64,000 bases of DNA from positions 1,818-65,817 of the forward strand of contig CAZNLR010000025.1 of NCBI GenBank assembly GCA_964574215.1. Reading direction: 5' to 3'. Both the position numbers and the translations under genes were made by a program. Shown in pieces: positions 32,939 to 43,343 of this stretch (its first letter is position 1; each line of letters opens with the position of its first letter). The notes below the pieces were generated by a model. That model saw only the letters and a list, made by a program, of their open reading frames with translations. It was not told where the DNA came from and searched no databases. This DNA comes from an uncultured Rhodospirillaceae bacterium. Its GTDB lineage: Bacteria; Pseudomonadota; Alphaproteobacteria; Rhodospirillales; UBA2165.

Positions 32939-34111
32939 ATGGAATTCCTCGCACTTCTAACAGCCAAGCTAAGTTTTATATGGGAAATTGGCATCCCCTT
33001 TCTCATTGCTTTGACCATCTTGGTATTCGTGCATGAACTTGGTCACTATGCAGTTGCCCGTTGGGCCGGCGTTAAGGTCGAGGTCTTTTCCGTCGGATTT
33101 GGTACGGAAATTAAAGGCTGGAATGACAGCCATGGCACACGATGGAAAATAGGTGCAGTGCCATTGGGCGGCTACGTCAAGATGTTCGGCGAGAGCGAAA
33201 CAATTGGCGAGGGTGATGACGAAAGGCCGATGTCCGAGGAAGAAACAGCCGTTTCTTTTCATCACAAGTCGCTGATACAGCGGGCGGCGATTGTTTTTGC
33301 CGGACCGTTCATCAATTTCATATTTGCCATTTTCGCCTTTGCGGCTTTGTTTGCGTTCATCGGCCTTCCCCATCCTGAAACGGATAAACCGTTGGCCGTG
33401 GTCGGGATGATTTCTTCTAACAGTGCTGCCGAAACCGCCGGGCTGAAGCCGGGTGATCAAATAGTCCGCATCGGGCGTGAAAAAATTACTTATTTTAAGG
33501 ACCTCCAACGCGTTATCGGAGCCAATCCGGGAAAACTGCTTGAAATCGAAATTGTCCGGCAAGAAAAACGGATTAATTTTAAGGTGACGCCGAAGGTTAA
33601 AGAAAGAAAAGATGCATCCGGGGCAACCGTAACCTATGGGTTATTGGGCGTTACGGCTGATCCAGGCAAAGTTACCTACGAACGGCAAAATATTTTCACG
33701 GCGCTATGGTTGGGTGTTGAGCGAACCTATGGGCTGACGTTGCGGATACTTGACTATATTGGTGATATATTTTCCGGGGCGCAATCGGCAGAGGAATTGG
33801 GCGGCGTTCTGCGAATTGCGCAGATTTCAGGCCAAGTCGCTGAGCTTGGAATTGCCAGCTATATATCTTTTTTAGCGGTTTTGTCGGTAAATTTAGGATT
33901 AATTAATCTCTTCCCTATACCGCTGTTAGACGGTGGTCATTTAGCGTTTTATGTAATTGAAGCGGTCCGCGGCCGGCCTCTCGGAGAAAAAGCACAAGAA
34001 TACGGTTTCCGATTGGGGTTGATGCTCGTGGTCGCATTATTTTTGTTTGTAACGTGGAATGACTTGGTGCATTTGAAATTTATTTCGTTTATTTCGGGGC
34101 TTCTAACTTAA
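32939..34111 (+). CDS. rseP: RIP metalloprotease RseP
   Basis: HELGH, PLGGYVKM, PDZ domain, NLFPIPLLDGGH. Confidence 0.95.
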   Translation: MEFLALLTAKLSFIWEIGIPFLIALTILVFVHELGHYAVARWAGVKVEVFSVGFGTEIKGWNDSHGTRWKIGAVPLGGYVKMFGESETIGEGDDERPMSEEETAVSFHHKSLIQRAAIVFAGPFINFIFAIFAFAALFAFIGLPHPETDKPLAVVGMISSNSAAETAGLKPGDQIVRIGREKITYFKDLQRVIGANPGKLLEIEIVRQEKRINFKVTPKVKERKDASGATVTYGLLGVTADPGKVTYERQNIFTALWLGVERTYGLTLRILDYIGDIFSGAQSAEELGGVLRIAQISGQVAELGIASYISFLAVLSVNLGLINLFPIPLLDGGHLAFYVIEAVRGRPLGEKAQEYGFRLGLMLVVALFLFVTWNDLVHLKFISFISGLLT

Positions 34112-34189
34112 CCCTTTGTTTTTAGTGTTGTTTTTTGCTGGCGACTTTAGTATTTGAGTTCGGATAAATAATTTCTGGGGAGTTATCAC

Positions 34190-36463
34190 TTGTTTTGGTT
34201 CAGAGTCCTTTCTTTCTGCGCTCTACTATGGGGCGTGGGCGTTACAGCCGGATCGGCGTTCGCTCAGGATTCTGAGGTCGTTCGTGAAATCGTGGTTCAG
34301 GGTACCCACCGTATTGAGCAAAATACGGTAAAATCTTATTTGCTGCTGCAGGCCGGTGATCGTTTTGACCGCAGACGGATGGACCAGTCGGTCAAAAGTT
34401 TGTTTGCGACAGGTCTGTTCGCGGATGTGACGGTATCCCGCCAAGGCGGTGCCATGATCGTCAAAGTCGTCGAGAACCCTGTCATCAACCGCATCGCCTT
34501 TGAAGGAAATAAACGGGTTGAAGATTCCGAGCTAAGGCCGGAAATTACTCTACGGCCACGGGTCGTGTTCACCCGCGCCAAGGTGCAAAAAGACGTAAAG
34601 CGCATTCTCGATGTCTATCGCGTCAGTGGCAGATTTGCTGCGACGGTCGAACCGAAAGTAATTCAACTGCCGCAAAACAGGGCGGATTTGGTTTTTGAGA
34701 TTGACGAAGGTCCGTTAACGTCAGTCGAGCGGATAAGCTTTATCGGTAATGTTGCCGAAAGTGACTCCGATCTTCGCTCAATCGTCCGGACCAAGGAATC
34801 GGTTTGGTACAGATTTTTATCGGCAGACGATACCTACGATCCCGATCGCCTTACGTTCGACAGGGAACTTCTACGGCGGCACTATTTATCGGAAGGTTAT
34901 GCGGATTTCCGTGTGGAATCGGCCGTAGCCGAGTTAACGCCGAGCAAAAACGCTTTTTTCATAACGTTTACGGTAAACGAAGGGCCGCGATACAAATTCG
35001 GCTCGGTCGATATCGCTGCCGGTTTAAGAGGTCTGGATGCAAAAAATCTACGTCCACTAATCGATTTTAGTCAGGGCGACTGGTATGACAATTCTTTGGT
35101 CGAAGAAGCTATTGATTTGATCGTCGACGCTGTTGGAACCAAGGGGTACGCGTTCGTCGAGGTGCGACCGAGGATCGACCGAAATCGCAAAGAACGAGTA
35201 GTTAATCTGACCTTTGATATCCGAGAAGGTCCTCGTGTGTTTGTCGAACGGATCGATATTTCTGGCAATGTTCGAACCATCGATAAGGTTATCCGCCGAG
35301 AATTCCAACTCATTGAGGGCGACGCGTTTAACGCCGCCAAGCTGCGGCGCTCCCGCAAACGGGTGCAGGATTTGAACTTTTTTGAAAAAGTCAAAATAGA
35401 GCGTCAGCAGGGGAGTGCCCCGGATAAAGCTGTCATAAAAGTCGACGTCGAGGAAAAATCGACCGGTTCGTTAAGTGTAGGCGTTGGTTATTCCACCGAT
35501 AGCGGACCATTGGTCGATCTCGGCATTTCCGAAAGAAATCTATTGGGACGCGGCCAAAGGATCGGGCTCAAGGCATCAATCGCGGGCGAAAAAAGTCAGG
35601 GCAGTATAAGTTTTACGGAACCCTATTTCCTTGACCGGGAGATTGTTGCTGGAGTTGACGCATTTTTTACAAAGCAAGACTTTCAAGATACAAGCTCATA
35701 CAACTGGGAGCAAATAGGCTTCGGTTTCAGAGCCGGTTATCCCCTTACCGATGATCTTTCCCAGGATTGGCGGTATCGCTTTGAGCATTCGGAAATTGCC
35801 GACGTGGCGTCAAACGCTTCTAGTTTGATCAAAAGCCAGGAAGGATCACGATATGTTTCTTTGGTTGGACATGTATTGTCCTATGACTTACGTGATAGCC
35901 GCGTGAATCCGACCGAAGGCTACATCGTTAGGTTAAGCAATGATGTCGCTGGGTTGGGAGGTACGATCCGATATTTTCGCAATCAAATGAAGGCGGCACA
36001 GTATTTTAGTCCCTTTGACGATGTCGTCCTGTCCTGGGAAGGAAGGGCTGGTCACATTCTGGGATTAGGGCAGGACATCGAAATCGCCGACCGCTTCTTT
36101 CTTGGCGGTGATAGTTTGCGCGGATTTAAAACCGCTGGCGCCGGACCGCGCGATAAGGTTACCAAAGATTCTTTGGGCGGTGAGTGGATTTACAACGGCT
36201 CACTGCAGGCAAATTTCCCGCTTGGTTTCCCTGAAGAACTGAGAGTATCGGGAAGGTTATTCACTGACTTCGGCAGCGTTGGCGAGGTCAATCCCCGGAG
36301 CGACAATGTCTTCGATTCAGCATCAATTCGTGTGTCAGCCGGCGCCGGCCTTGGGTGGGTGTCGCCGTTTGGGCCGATTAACATTGATTTTGGTTTTCCA
36401 TTGATTAAAGAAAGTTTGGACGAAACGGAGCTTATGCGGATAAACTTCGGGACGAGGTTTTAG
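34190..36463 (+). CDS. bamA: Outer membrane protein assembly factor BamA
   Basis: Signal peptide, POTRA repeats, LRGF motif, SPFGP, C-terminal F. Confidence 0.96.
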   Translation: MFWFRVLSFCALLWGVGVTAGSAFAQDSEVVREIVVQGTHRIEQNTVKSYLLLQAGDRFDRRRMDQSVKSLFATGLFADVTVSRQGGAMIVKVVENPVINRIAFEGNKRVEDSELRPEITLRPRVVFTRAKVQKDVKRILDVYRVSGRFAATVEPKVIQLPQNRADLVFEIDEGPLTSVERISFIGNVAESDSDLRSIVRTKESVWYRFLSADDTYDPDRLTFDRELLRRHYLSEGYADFRVESAVAELTPSKNAFFITFTVNEGPRYKFGSVDIAAGLRGLDAKNLRPLIDFSQGDWYDNSLVEEAIDLIVDAVGTKGYAFVEVRPRIDRNRKERVVNLTFDIREGPRVFVERIDISGNVRTIDKVIRREFQLIEGDAFNAAKLRRSRKRVQDLNFFEKVKIERQQGSAPDKAVIKVDVEEKSTGSLSVGVGYSTDSGPLVDLGISERNLLGRGQRIGLKASIAGEKSQGSISFTEPYFLDREIVAGVDAFFTKQDFQDTSSYNWEQIGFGFRAGYPLTDDLSQDWRYRFEHSEIADVASNASSLIKSQEGSRYVSLVGHVLSYDLRDSRVNPTEGYIVRLSNDVAGLGGTIRYFRNQMKAAQYFSPFDDVVLSWEGRAGHILGLGQDIEIADRFFLGGDSLRGFKTAGAGPRDKVTKDSLGGEWIYNGSLQANFPLGFPEELRVSGRLFTDFGSVGEVNPRSDNVFDSASIRVSAGAGLGWVSPFGPINIDFGFPLIKESLDETELMRINFGTRF

Positions 36464-36466
36464 ACA

Positions 36467-37102
36467 ATGATAATTTTAATACGAATAATTTTTGCGACCA
36501 TCGTGGTTGCATCCTTTGTATTTTTGGACACCGACGCAAATGCCCAAGAGCAGCCCGATGGCAAATTGGGCGTTCTTGATTTTCAGGCTGTAGCCAGAAC
36601 GTCTTTGATGACCAAAGATATTGCCCGGCAAAAAGATACGAAACGTCGAAAATTTCGCGATGAGATTAGAAAAGAAGAACAAGCATTGCGAAAAGCAAAT
36701 GATGAATTGCAAAAGCAACGCGTTATCTTGACCCAGGAAGCTTATGAAGACGAAGTCAGAAAATTCCGGCAAAAATCGGCTGCTCTGCAGAAAAAGGTTC
36801 AACAGCGTAACCAGGAATTTAATCGCATAACAGCCTTCACTGATCGTGTCTTTCAAGTGGCGCTGCAAAAGGCACTGGCCGAAGTTGCAAAAAAGGGAAA
36901 TTATATATTGGTGTTAAGGCGCCGTCCCAATGTGCTGGTTCGGGCTAGATTTCTGGATATAACCGGTGCTGTCTTAAAGGTGTTAAACCGAAATAAACCC
37001 AATTATAAAATCCCGGATGACATCGAAAAAGCAATTAAAGAAGAAACTAAAAAGGCGACGGGCAAAAAACAGTCGGGTGGTAAACCCAAATCTGGAAAGT
37101 AG
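36467..37102 (+). CDS. skp: OmpH/Skp periplasmic chaperone
   Basis: Signal peptide, LGVLDFQ, coiled coil, DITGAVL; lies between bamA and lpxD. Confidence 0.85.
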   Translation: MIILIRIIFATIVVASFVFLDTDANAQEQPDGKLGVLDFQAVARTSLMTKDIARQKDTKRRKFRDEIRKEEQALRKANDELQKQRVILTQEAYEDEVRKFRQKSAALQKKVQQRNQEFNRITAFTDRVFQVALQKALAEVAKKGNYILVLRRRPNVLVRARFLDITGAVLKVLNRNKPNYKIPDDIEKAIKEETKKATGKKQSGGKPKSGK

Positions 37103-37105
37103 CCA

Positions 37106-38131
37106 ATGGCCGATCCCCGTTTCTTTAAGGTGGCGGGACCCTTCAGCCTGAGCCAATTGGCGGAGATCGCCGGCGCAGAAATCGTCGAACCCCGTGAAGC
37201 CTCTGCCGCTTCAAAAGAAAAAGAATATGCCGATGTGGCACCATTAGGAACGGCGGGACCGAACGATGTCAGTTTTGTCGACAATCGAAAATATGTGAAA
37301 GTGTTCGAAGAAAGCGCCGCCGGCGCTGTTTTGGTTGCGCCGGACTTGGTCGATCGAGCTCCACCCAATACGACGTTATTAGTGCTGTCGGATCCCTATA
37401 CCGGTTATGCCAAGGTTGCGCAGGCATATTATCCGGCTTCGGCGATTGAAGAAAATATTTCCGAACGTTCGCATATATCTTCAACAGCGATAATCGGTAA
37501 GGGAGTTAGGGTCGAATCCGGTGTCGTCATAGAAGAAAATGCGGAAATTGGAGCTAGCTGCCAAATTGGTGCAAATACGGTGATCGGGCCCGGTGTGGTC
37601 ATTGGGAACAAATGCACAATTGGACCCAATGTGACGCTGGAGTACTGTTGTATTGGAGCCAATACGACAATTCATACCGGCGCTCGTATTGGCCAGGATG
37701 GCTTCGGGTTTGCTCCCGGTTTGATCCACACGAGGGTTCCCCAATTGGGCCGGGTAATAATCGGGAACGACGTGGTAATCGGCGCCAATACTACAATTGA
37801 TCGGGGGACGGCACCTGACACGATTATCGGCGACGGGACAAAAATCGATAATCTGGTACAGATTGCGCACAATGTGGAAATCGGCAAAAATTGTCTTATT
37901 GCCGCCGAAGTCGGAATATCAGGGAGCTCAATAATTGGCGACTACGTTATGATGGGCGGACAGGTGGGAATATCCGGCCACTTAAATATCGGGGACGGCG
38001 TCAAAATTGCCGCCCAAAGCGGTGTCTCCCATGATATTAAAGCGGGAGAGACCATTGCCGGTATGCCGGCAATGAAGGCCCGTGATTTTTGGCGGGCCAT
38101 GGCGAAACTAAAAAAATTATCGGTTAAGTAA
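37106..38131 (+). CDS. lpxD: UDP-3-O-acylglucosamine N-acyltransferase
   Basis: Hexapeptide repeats, [26 protein letters not shown]. Confidence 0.96.
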   Translation: MADPRFFKVAGPFSLSQLAEIAGAEIVEPREASAASKEKEYADVAPLGTAGPNDVSFVDNRKYVKVFEESAAGAVLVAPDLVDRAPPNTTLLVLSDPYTGYAKVAQAYYPASAIEENISERSHISSTAIIGKGVRVESGVVIEENAEIGASCQIGANTVIGPGVVIGNKCTIGPNVTLEYCCIGANTTIHTGARIGQDGFGFAPGLIHTRVPQLGRVIIGNDVVIGANTTIDRGTAPDTIIGDGTKIDNLVQIAHNVEIGKNCLIAAEVGISGSSIIGDYVMMGGQVGISGHLNIGDGVKIAAQSGVSHDIKAGETIAGMPAMKARDFWRAMAKLKKLSVK

Positions 38132-38146
38132 GAGGAAAAAACGATT

Positions 38147-38614
38147 ATGGATTCTGAAGCTCTTGCGTCGGATGATCTGATCATCGATATCGAGCGCATC
38201 GTCGAAATGATACCACATAGATATCCGTTCCTGATGATAGATCGGGTTTCAAATCTGGTGCCGGGTGAAAGCGCAGTCGGGTTGAAAAACGTCACCATCA
38301 ACGAACCGTATTTTCAAGGCCATTTCCCGACACGACCAATAATGCCCGGCGTTATGATCGTTGAATCAATGGCGCAGACCGCAGGTGTTCTGGTTGTACA
38401 TACGATGGGCGGAAATACTGAAGGCAAGCTGGTTTATTTCATGTCCATAGAAAATGCACGATTTCGAAAAACCGTGGTGCCGGGTGATTCCTTAAAAGTC
38501 CACGTCAATACCAAACAAAGCCGGGGCAACGTTTGGAAATTTGATGGCGTAGCCAAAGTCGATGATACCGTGGTGGCCGAAGCCACGTTTACAGCAATGA
38601 TTGTAGACCAATGA
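38147..38614 (+). CDS. fabZ: 3-hydroxyacyl-ACP dehydratase
   Basis: PHRYPFLMID, FQGHFP..PIMPGV..ESMAQ. Confidence 0.96.
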   Translation: MDSEALASDDLIIDIERIVEMIPHRYPFLMIDRVSNLVPGESAVGLKNVTINEPYFQGHFPTRPIMPGVMIVESMAQTAGVLVVHTMGGNTEGKLVYFMSIENARFRKTVVPGDSLKVHVNTKQSRGNVWKFDGVAKVDDTVVAEATFTAMIVDQ

Positions 38615-39411
38615 GCCAAATACATGAAACGGCCGTCATCGAAGACGGCGCCACCATCGGCCAGGACGCAAAGATCGGTCCTTATTGCTGCGTTGGGGTA
38701 AACTCTGTCTTGGGGGATAGCGTGGAACTGAAATCGCATGTCGTCGTTGAAGGCCATACGAAAATCGGTTCCGGCACGGTAATATTTCCTTTTGCTTCGG
38801 TTGGCCATCAGCCCCAGGATTTGAAGTACCATGGTGAGGTTTCCCGGCTTGAAATCGGCAGTAACAACGTTATTCGAGAACATGTGACACTGAATCCCGG
38901 TACCGAAGGCGGAGGATTGCTGACCAAGGTCGGTGATAATTGCCTATTCATGGTGGGATCTCATGTCGCCCACGATTGTTTCATCGGCGACAACGCTATA
39001 TTGGTCAACAATGTCACGCTCGGCGGACATGTGGAGATCGGAGAATGGGCGATTGTCGGTGGAATGTCGGCGGTTCACCAATTCGTCCGCATCGGCCGCC
39101 ATGCCATGATCGGCGGTATGTCGGGCGTGGAAAATGATGTCATTCCCTATGGTTCGGTCGTAGGTAACCGAGCCCATTTATCGGGACTGAATCTGGTCGG
39201 GTTGAAACGCCGTAGTTTCTCCCGCGATACCATCCATGATTTAAGGCGCGCCTATCGTCTAATTTTCGCCCAGGAAGGCACCCAGTCCGAAAGACTTGAT
39301 GATGTGGCCGAACTTTTTCCTGAAATAGAACCGGTTATGGAAATCGTCAATTTCATGCGGATCGATTCCAGCCGGGCCATCTGCCAGCCGCTTTTAGAGG
39401 ATGCAGCCTAA
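38611..39411 (+). CDS. lpxA: UDP-N-acetylglucosamine acyltransferase
   Basis: Hexapeptide repeats, PQDLKY, HVAHDC, GGHV, VHQF. Confidence 0.96.
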   Translation: MSQIHETAVIEDGATIGQDAKIGPYCCVGVNSVLGDSVELKSHVVVEGHTKIGSGTVIFPFASVGHQPQDLKYHGEVSRLEIGSNNVIREHVTLNPGTEGGGLLTKVGDNCLFMVGSHVAHDCFIGDNAILVNNVTLGGHVEIGEWAIVGGMSAVHQFVRIGRHAMIGGMSGVENDVIPYGSVVGNRAHLSGLNLVGLKRRSFSRDTIHDLRRAYRLIFAQEGTQSERLDDVAELFPEIEPVMEIVNFMRIDSSRAICQPLLEDAA

Positions 39412-41395
39412 ACTCGGCATTCTAGCGGGCGGAGGCGCGCTTCCCCGCCGTGTTATTGAGCATTGCCGGAAAATCGGCCGCGCCTACTTTGTTTTGGCAT
39501 TACAAGGACAAGCCGAAGCGGACGCGTTCAATGATGACCCGCACAAATGGGTGCGGTTGGGATCAGCCGACGGTATTTTGGGCCGCCTGCGCGAGGCGGG
39601 CGTTCAGGAACTGGTTATGGTTGGCAGCGTCGTCAGGCCACCGCTAAAGGAACTCAGGCCGGATTTCAAGGGCCTGAAAATCCTAACGAGGATCGGCAAA
39701 TCCTATTTTTCGGGTGATGATAATCTGCTGCGCGCGCTAACCAAAGAACTGGAAAGAGAAGGATTTAAAGTCGTCGGTGTCGACGGTTTGGTCGACAACT
39801 TACTCGCGCCTCACGGGGTTTTGGGCAAAGTCGCTCCAGACCGGCAAGCTACCCACGATATCGAACTGGGAATCAGTGCAGCGTGTGATCTAGGCGCACG
39901 GGATATCGGGCAGGCGGTTGTCGTTCAAGAAAGTAAAATCATAGCTTTAGAGGATGAAAAAGGGACGGAAGATTTGATCAGGCGCAGCGCTGGATTGGGC
40001 GCATCTGGTGACGGGGGCGTGCTGGTCAAAATGAAAAAACCCATGCAGGATCGGCGAATCGATTTGCCGACCATCGGCGTCGACACCATTAGCCAGATTA
40101 TAGAGGCCGGCCTGGATGGCATCGCCATTGAGGCGGGCAACGCCCTGATCATCGACAGAGAAGATGTCATCGCCGCCGCCGATGACGCAGGCGTATTTCT
40201 CGTCGGTGTAGAAAATCAAAAATCTGACGATAACGCCCAAACTGCCCTGGTCTACATTATCGCCGGAGAACCATCGGGTGATCGGCTTGGTGCTAGCCTC
40301 ATCAGAGCTTTAAAGGAAAAATCCGGAGATCAAATTAAGTTTGCGGGTATCGGCGGGGCGGAAATGGCCAAGGAGGGGTTTGTCAGCCGGTTTCCCATGA
40401 AAGAGTTATCGTTGATGGGGGTGGCGGAAATTTTACCACATCTGCCGCGTCTCATGCGACGTATCAGAGAAACAGTTAGGGAAATTTCACATCTTCGTCC
40501 GGCTGCCGTGGTCACCATAGATTCACCGGGCTTTACCCACCGCGTCGCCGAACGTTTGAAGGGAATAAACATTCCTCTGATCCATTACGTTGCGCCCAGC
40601 GTTTGGGCCTGGAAGCCGTGGCGGGCCAAGAAGATTGCCGGCTATTTTGATCATTTGTTGGCCTTATTGCCGTTCGAACCGCCATATTTCGAGAAAGAAG
40701 GATTGACGACGACCTTTGTCGGTCATCCGGTACTGGAAAGTGGCGCCGACCAAGGCGACGGCGCCGGGTTTCGCCGAAGCATGGGCATAAGTGAAGACGC
40801 TAAGGTTTTATGCGTTTTACCGGGTAGTAGGCGGGGCGAGACCAGTCGACTGTTGCCAGTCATTAGGCGTACCATAGAACTCATGGCAATGACGGATTTG
40901 ACGATAGTTCTGCCCGTCGTAGATGCTGTGAGCCGGCAAATTGAAGAAGCCGTTAAAGACTGGCCCTGCGCTGTTCATGTGATAACCGGCGAAAAAGCAA
41001 AGTTTGACGCCTTTGCCGCCTCCGATGCGGCCTTGGCGGCTTCTGGCACGGTCGCCCTGGAACTGGCCATGGCCCGCGTGCCCAGCGTCACGATTTATAA
41101 ATTCAATATTGTTACGGCGGTGTTGGCGCGGCTGCTCGTAAAGTCTAAATATGTCAATCTTATCAACATATTATTGGAAAGAGAAGCAGTGCCTGAACTG
41201 CTTTTGGAAGACTGTAAACCGGCGAGGATCGCGCCTTTACTCAGTAATCTACTAGTAGATAAATCCGTTGCCAACAGACAATTAGAATCGCTGAGTGAAG
41301 CGCTAAAGCTTTTGACACCCGCCGGGGGAATTCCCAGCGACATGGCTTCTTCAGTCATTCTTGACACCATTCAAGTGACTGCGAAATTAGAGTGA
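39401..41395 (+). CDS. lpxB: Fused LpxI (UDP-2,3-diacylglucosamine pyrophosphatase) and LpxB (lipid A disaccharide synthase)
   Basis: N-half LGILAGGGALP, GDDNLL, DIGQAVVV, QDRRIDLPTIG; C-half AGEPSGD, IDSPGF, YVAPSVWAW, FVGHP, LPGSR, ASGT; no stop between. Confidence 0.9.
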   Translation: MQPKLGILAGGGALPRRVIEHCRKIGRAYFVLALQGQAEADAFNDDPHKWVRLGSADGILGRLREAGVQELVMVGSVVRPPLKELRPDFKGLKILTRIGKSYFSGDDNLLRALTKELEREGFKVVGVDGLVDNLLAPHGVLGKVAPDRQATHDIELGISAACDLGARDIGQAVVVQESKIIALEDEKGTEDLIRRSAGLGASGDGGVLVKMKKPMQDRRIDLPTIGVDTISQIIEAGLDGIAIEAGNALIIDREDVIAAADDAGVFLVGVENQKSDDNAQTALVYIIAGEPSGDRLGASLIRALKEKSGDQIKFAGIGGAEMAKEGFVSRFPMKELSLMGVAEILPHLPRLMRRIRETVREISHLRPAAVVTIDSPGFTHRVAERLKGINIPLIHYVAPSVWAWKPWRAKKIAGYFDHLLALLPFEPPYFEKEGLTTTFVGHPVLESGADQGDGAGFRRSMGISEDAKVLCVLPGSRRGETSRLLPVIRRTIELMAMTDLTIVLPVVDAVSRQIEEAVKDWPCAVHVITGEKAKFDAFAASDAALAASGTVALELAMARVPSVTIYKFNIVTAVLARLLVKSKYVNLINILLEREAVPELLLEDCKPARIAPLLSNLLVDKSVANRQLESLSEALKLLTPAGGIPSDMASSVILDTIQVTAKLE

Positions 41396-41441
41396 TAAAG
41401 TTGCGAAATCGTAAATTCCAGGAAAAGACAAAGGGAAAAAA

Positions 41442-41849
41442 ATGAACGATTTAACCGAAAATTTCAGGCTGCTGCACACTATGATCCGAGTTAGGGATTT
41501 GGATAAATCCTTGGATTTTTACACCCGGTTATTGGGCATGACGTTGCAGCGGAAGACGGATTTTGAAACCGGACGTTTTACCTTGGCCTTTGTCGGGTAC
41601 GGCGACGAAGGCTCCAACACTGTTGTCGAATTGACCCACAATTGGGATCAAGAAGAAGACTACGAGATCGGAACCGGTTTCGGTCACTTGGCCATCGCGG
41701 TTCCCGACGCCTATGCCGTCTGCGACGCCATGGAAAAGGAAGGTGTCAGTGTGCCACGGCCTGCTGGCCCGATGAAAGGCGGCACGCGGGTAATCGCATT
41801 TGTTGAAGATCCCGACGGTTATAAAATCGAATTGGTCCAACGGGACTAA
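41442..41849 (+). CDS. gloA: Lactoylglutathione lyase (glyoxalase I)
   Basis: LLHTMIRV, ELTHNW, FGHLAI, DPDGYKIEL. Confidence 0.95.
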   Translation: MNDLTENFRLLHTMIRVRDLDKSLDFYTRLLGMTLQRKTDFETGRFTLAFVGYGDEGSNTVVELTHNWDQEEDYEIGTGFGHLAIAVPDAYAVCDAMEKEGVSVPRPAGPMKGGTRVIAFVEDPDGYKIELVQRD

Positions 41850-41864
41850 CCGGTGCCGGGAATC

Positions 41865-41893
41865 AAAAAAGGGCGGAATATTCCGCCCTTTTT
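41865..41893. terminator. Bidirectional intrinsic terminator between convergent gloA and gltA
   Basis: AAAAAAGGGCGGAA-TA-TTCCGCCCTTTTT perfect palindrome with A/T tails. Confidence 0.85.
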
Positions 41894-41910
41894 AATACCT
41901 GTCCAAGCTT

Positions 41911-43224
41911 TTAGCGCTTGCCGATGGGCACATATTCCCGTTGGGTTTCTCCCAAATAGAGCTGACGCGGACGGCCAATTTTTTGACTGGGGTCCTCGAT
42001 CATCTCGTTCCATTGAGCGATCCAGCCGACGGTTCGCGCCACGGCGAACAAAACCGTAAACATGGAAGTCGGAATGCCCATGGCCCGGAAAATGATGCCG
42101 GAATAGAAGTCCACATTGGGGTAGAGTTTACGTTCGACGAAATACTCATCTTCCAGCGCGATGCGTTCCAACTCCATGGCCAGTTCCAAAAGCGGCTCGT
42201 CCTTGACGCCGAGTTCATTCAACACTTCGTGGCAAGACTGCTGCATCACGCGGGAGCGGGGATCGAAATTCTTGTAAACCCGATGGCCGAAACCCATTAA
42301 TCTGAAGGGGTCGTCCTTGTCTTTGGCTTTTTTGATGAATTCCGTAATGTTGTTTTTGTCGCCGATTTGCTGAAGCATGGTCAAAACGGCTTCGTTGGCG
42401 CCGCCGTGTGCCGGACCCCAAAGGGAGGCGATGCCGGCGGCGATGCAGGCAAAGGGATTGGCGCCCGAAGAGCCGGCCAACCTGACCGTCGAGGTCGAAG
42501 CATTTTGTTCATGGTCGGCGTGGAGGATAAGAATCCGGTCCATCGCTTTCGCCAAGACCGGGCTGATTTCATAATCTTCGGCCGGTGTGGCGAACATCAT
42601 GTGGAGGAAGTTTTCGGCATAATTCAGATCATTGCGCGGATAGACAAAAGGCTGTCCGACAGAATATTTATAAGCCTGGGCGGCGATGGTCGGAATTTTG
42701 GCGATCATCCGGTACGAAGCCACCATCCGGTGGTAGGGATCGTTGATATCAAGGCTGTCATGGTAGAAGGCCGATAGGGCGCCAACGACGCCGCACATAA
42801 TGGCCATGGGATGGGAATCCCGCCTAAATCCGCGGTAAAATGTGTTGATCTGCTCGTGCAGCATGGTGTGATAGGTGACGTCATGTTCGAACTTGGTTTT
42901 CTGCTCGGCCGAGGGAAGTTCTCCGTACAAAAGCAGATAGCAAACTTCAGTATAGTCGGAGTGATCGGCCAGTTCGTTGATCGGGTAGCCGCGATAGAGC
43001 AAAATACCTTCATCACCATCGATGTATGTAATACGTGATTCGCAACTGCCCGTTGACGTGAAACCGGGATCATAGGTAAAGCAATCGGTTTCGGCATACA
43101 GTTTACGGACATCTATGACATCGGGGCCGACTGAACCTTTGAGCACTGGCAGTTCGTAGGTATCACCGGTAGCGTTATTGGTTAAGGTGTAGGTTTGTTT
43201 GCTGTCGGTCGAACTGTTGTTCAT
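41911..43224 (-). CDS. gltA: Citrate synthase (type II)
   Basis: [44 protein letters not shown]; ATG at 43224 after GGAG. Confidence 0.97.
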   Translation of the reverse strand: MNNSSTDSKQTYTLTNNATGDTYELPVLKGSVGPDVIDVRKLYAETDCFTYDPGFTSTGSCESRITYIDGDEGILLYRGYPINELADHSDYTEVCYLLLYGELPSAEQKTKFEHDVTYHTMLHEQINTFYRGFRRDSHPMAIMCGVVGALSAFYHDSLDINDPYHRMVASYRMIAKIPTIAAQAYKYSVGQPFVYPRNDLNYAENFLHMMFATPAEDYEISPVLAKAMDRILILHADHEQNASTSTVRLAGSSGANPFACIAAGIASLWGPAHGGANEAVLTMLQQIGDKNNITEFIKKAKDKDDPFRLMGFGHRVYKNFDPRSRVMQQSCHEVLNELGVKDEPLLELAMELERIALEDEYFVERKLYPNVDFYSGIIFRAMGIPTSMFTVLFAVARTVGWIAQWNEMIEDPSQKIGRPRQLYLGETQREYVPIGKR

Positions 43225-43343
43225 GGGTGTAGGTCTCCCAAGGTGAGTGAAATTGACGCCCAAAATTTGGGCGGATTAATGAATTTATTCCGGCATCTGT
43301 CAAGACACCCATACGGTTTAACAACGTATGATAGTAACCCCCA

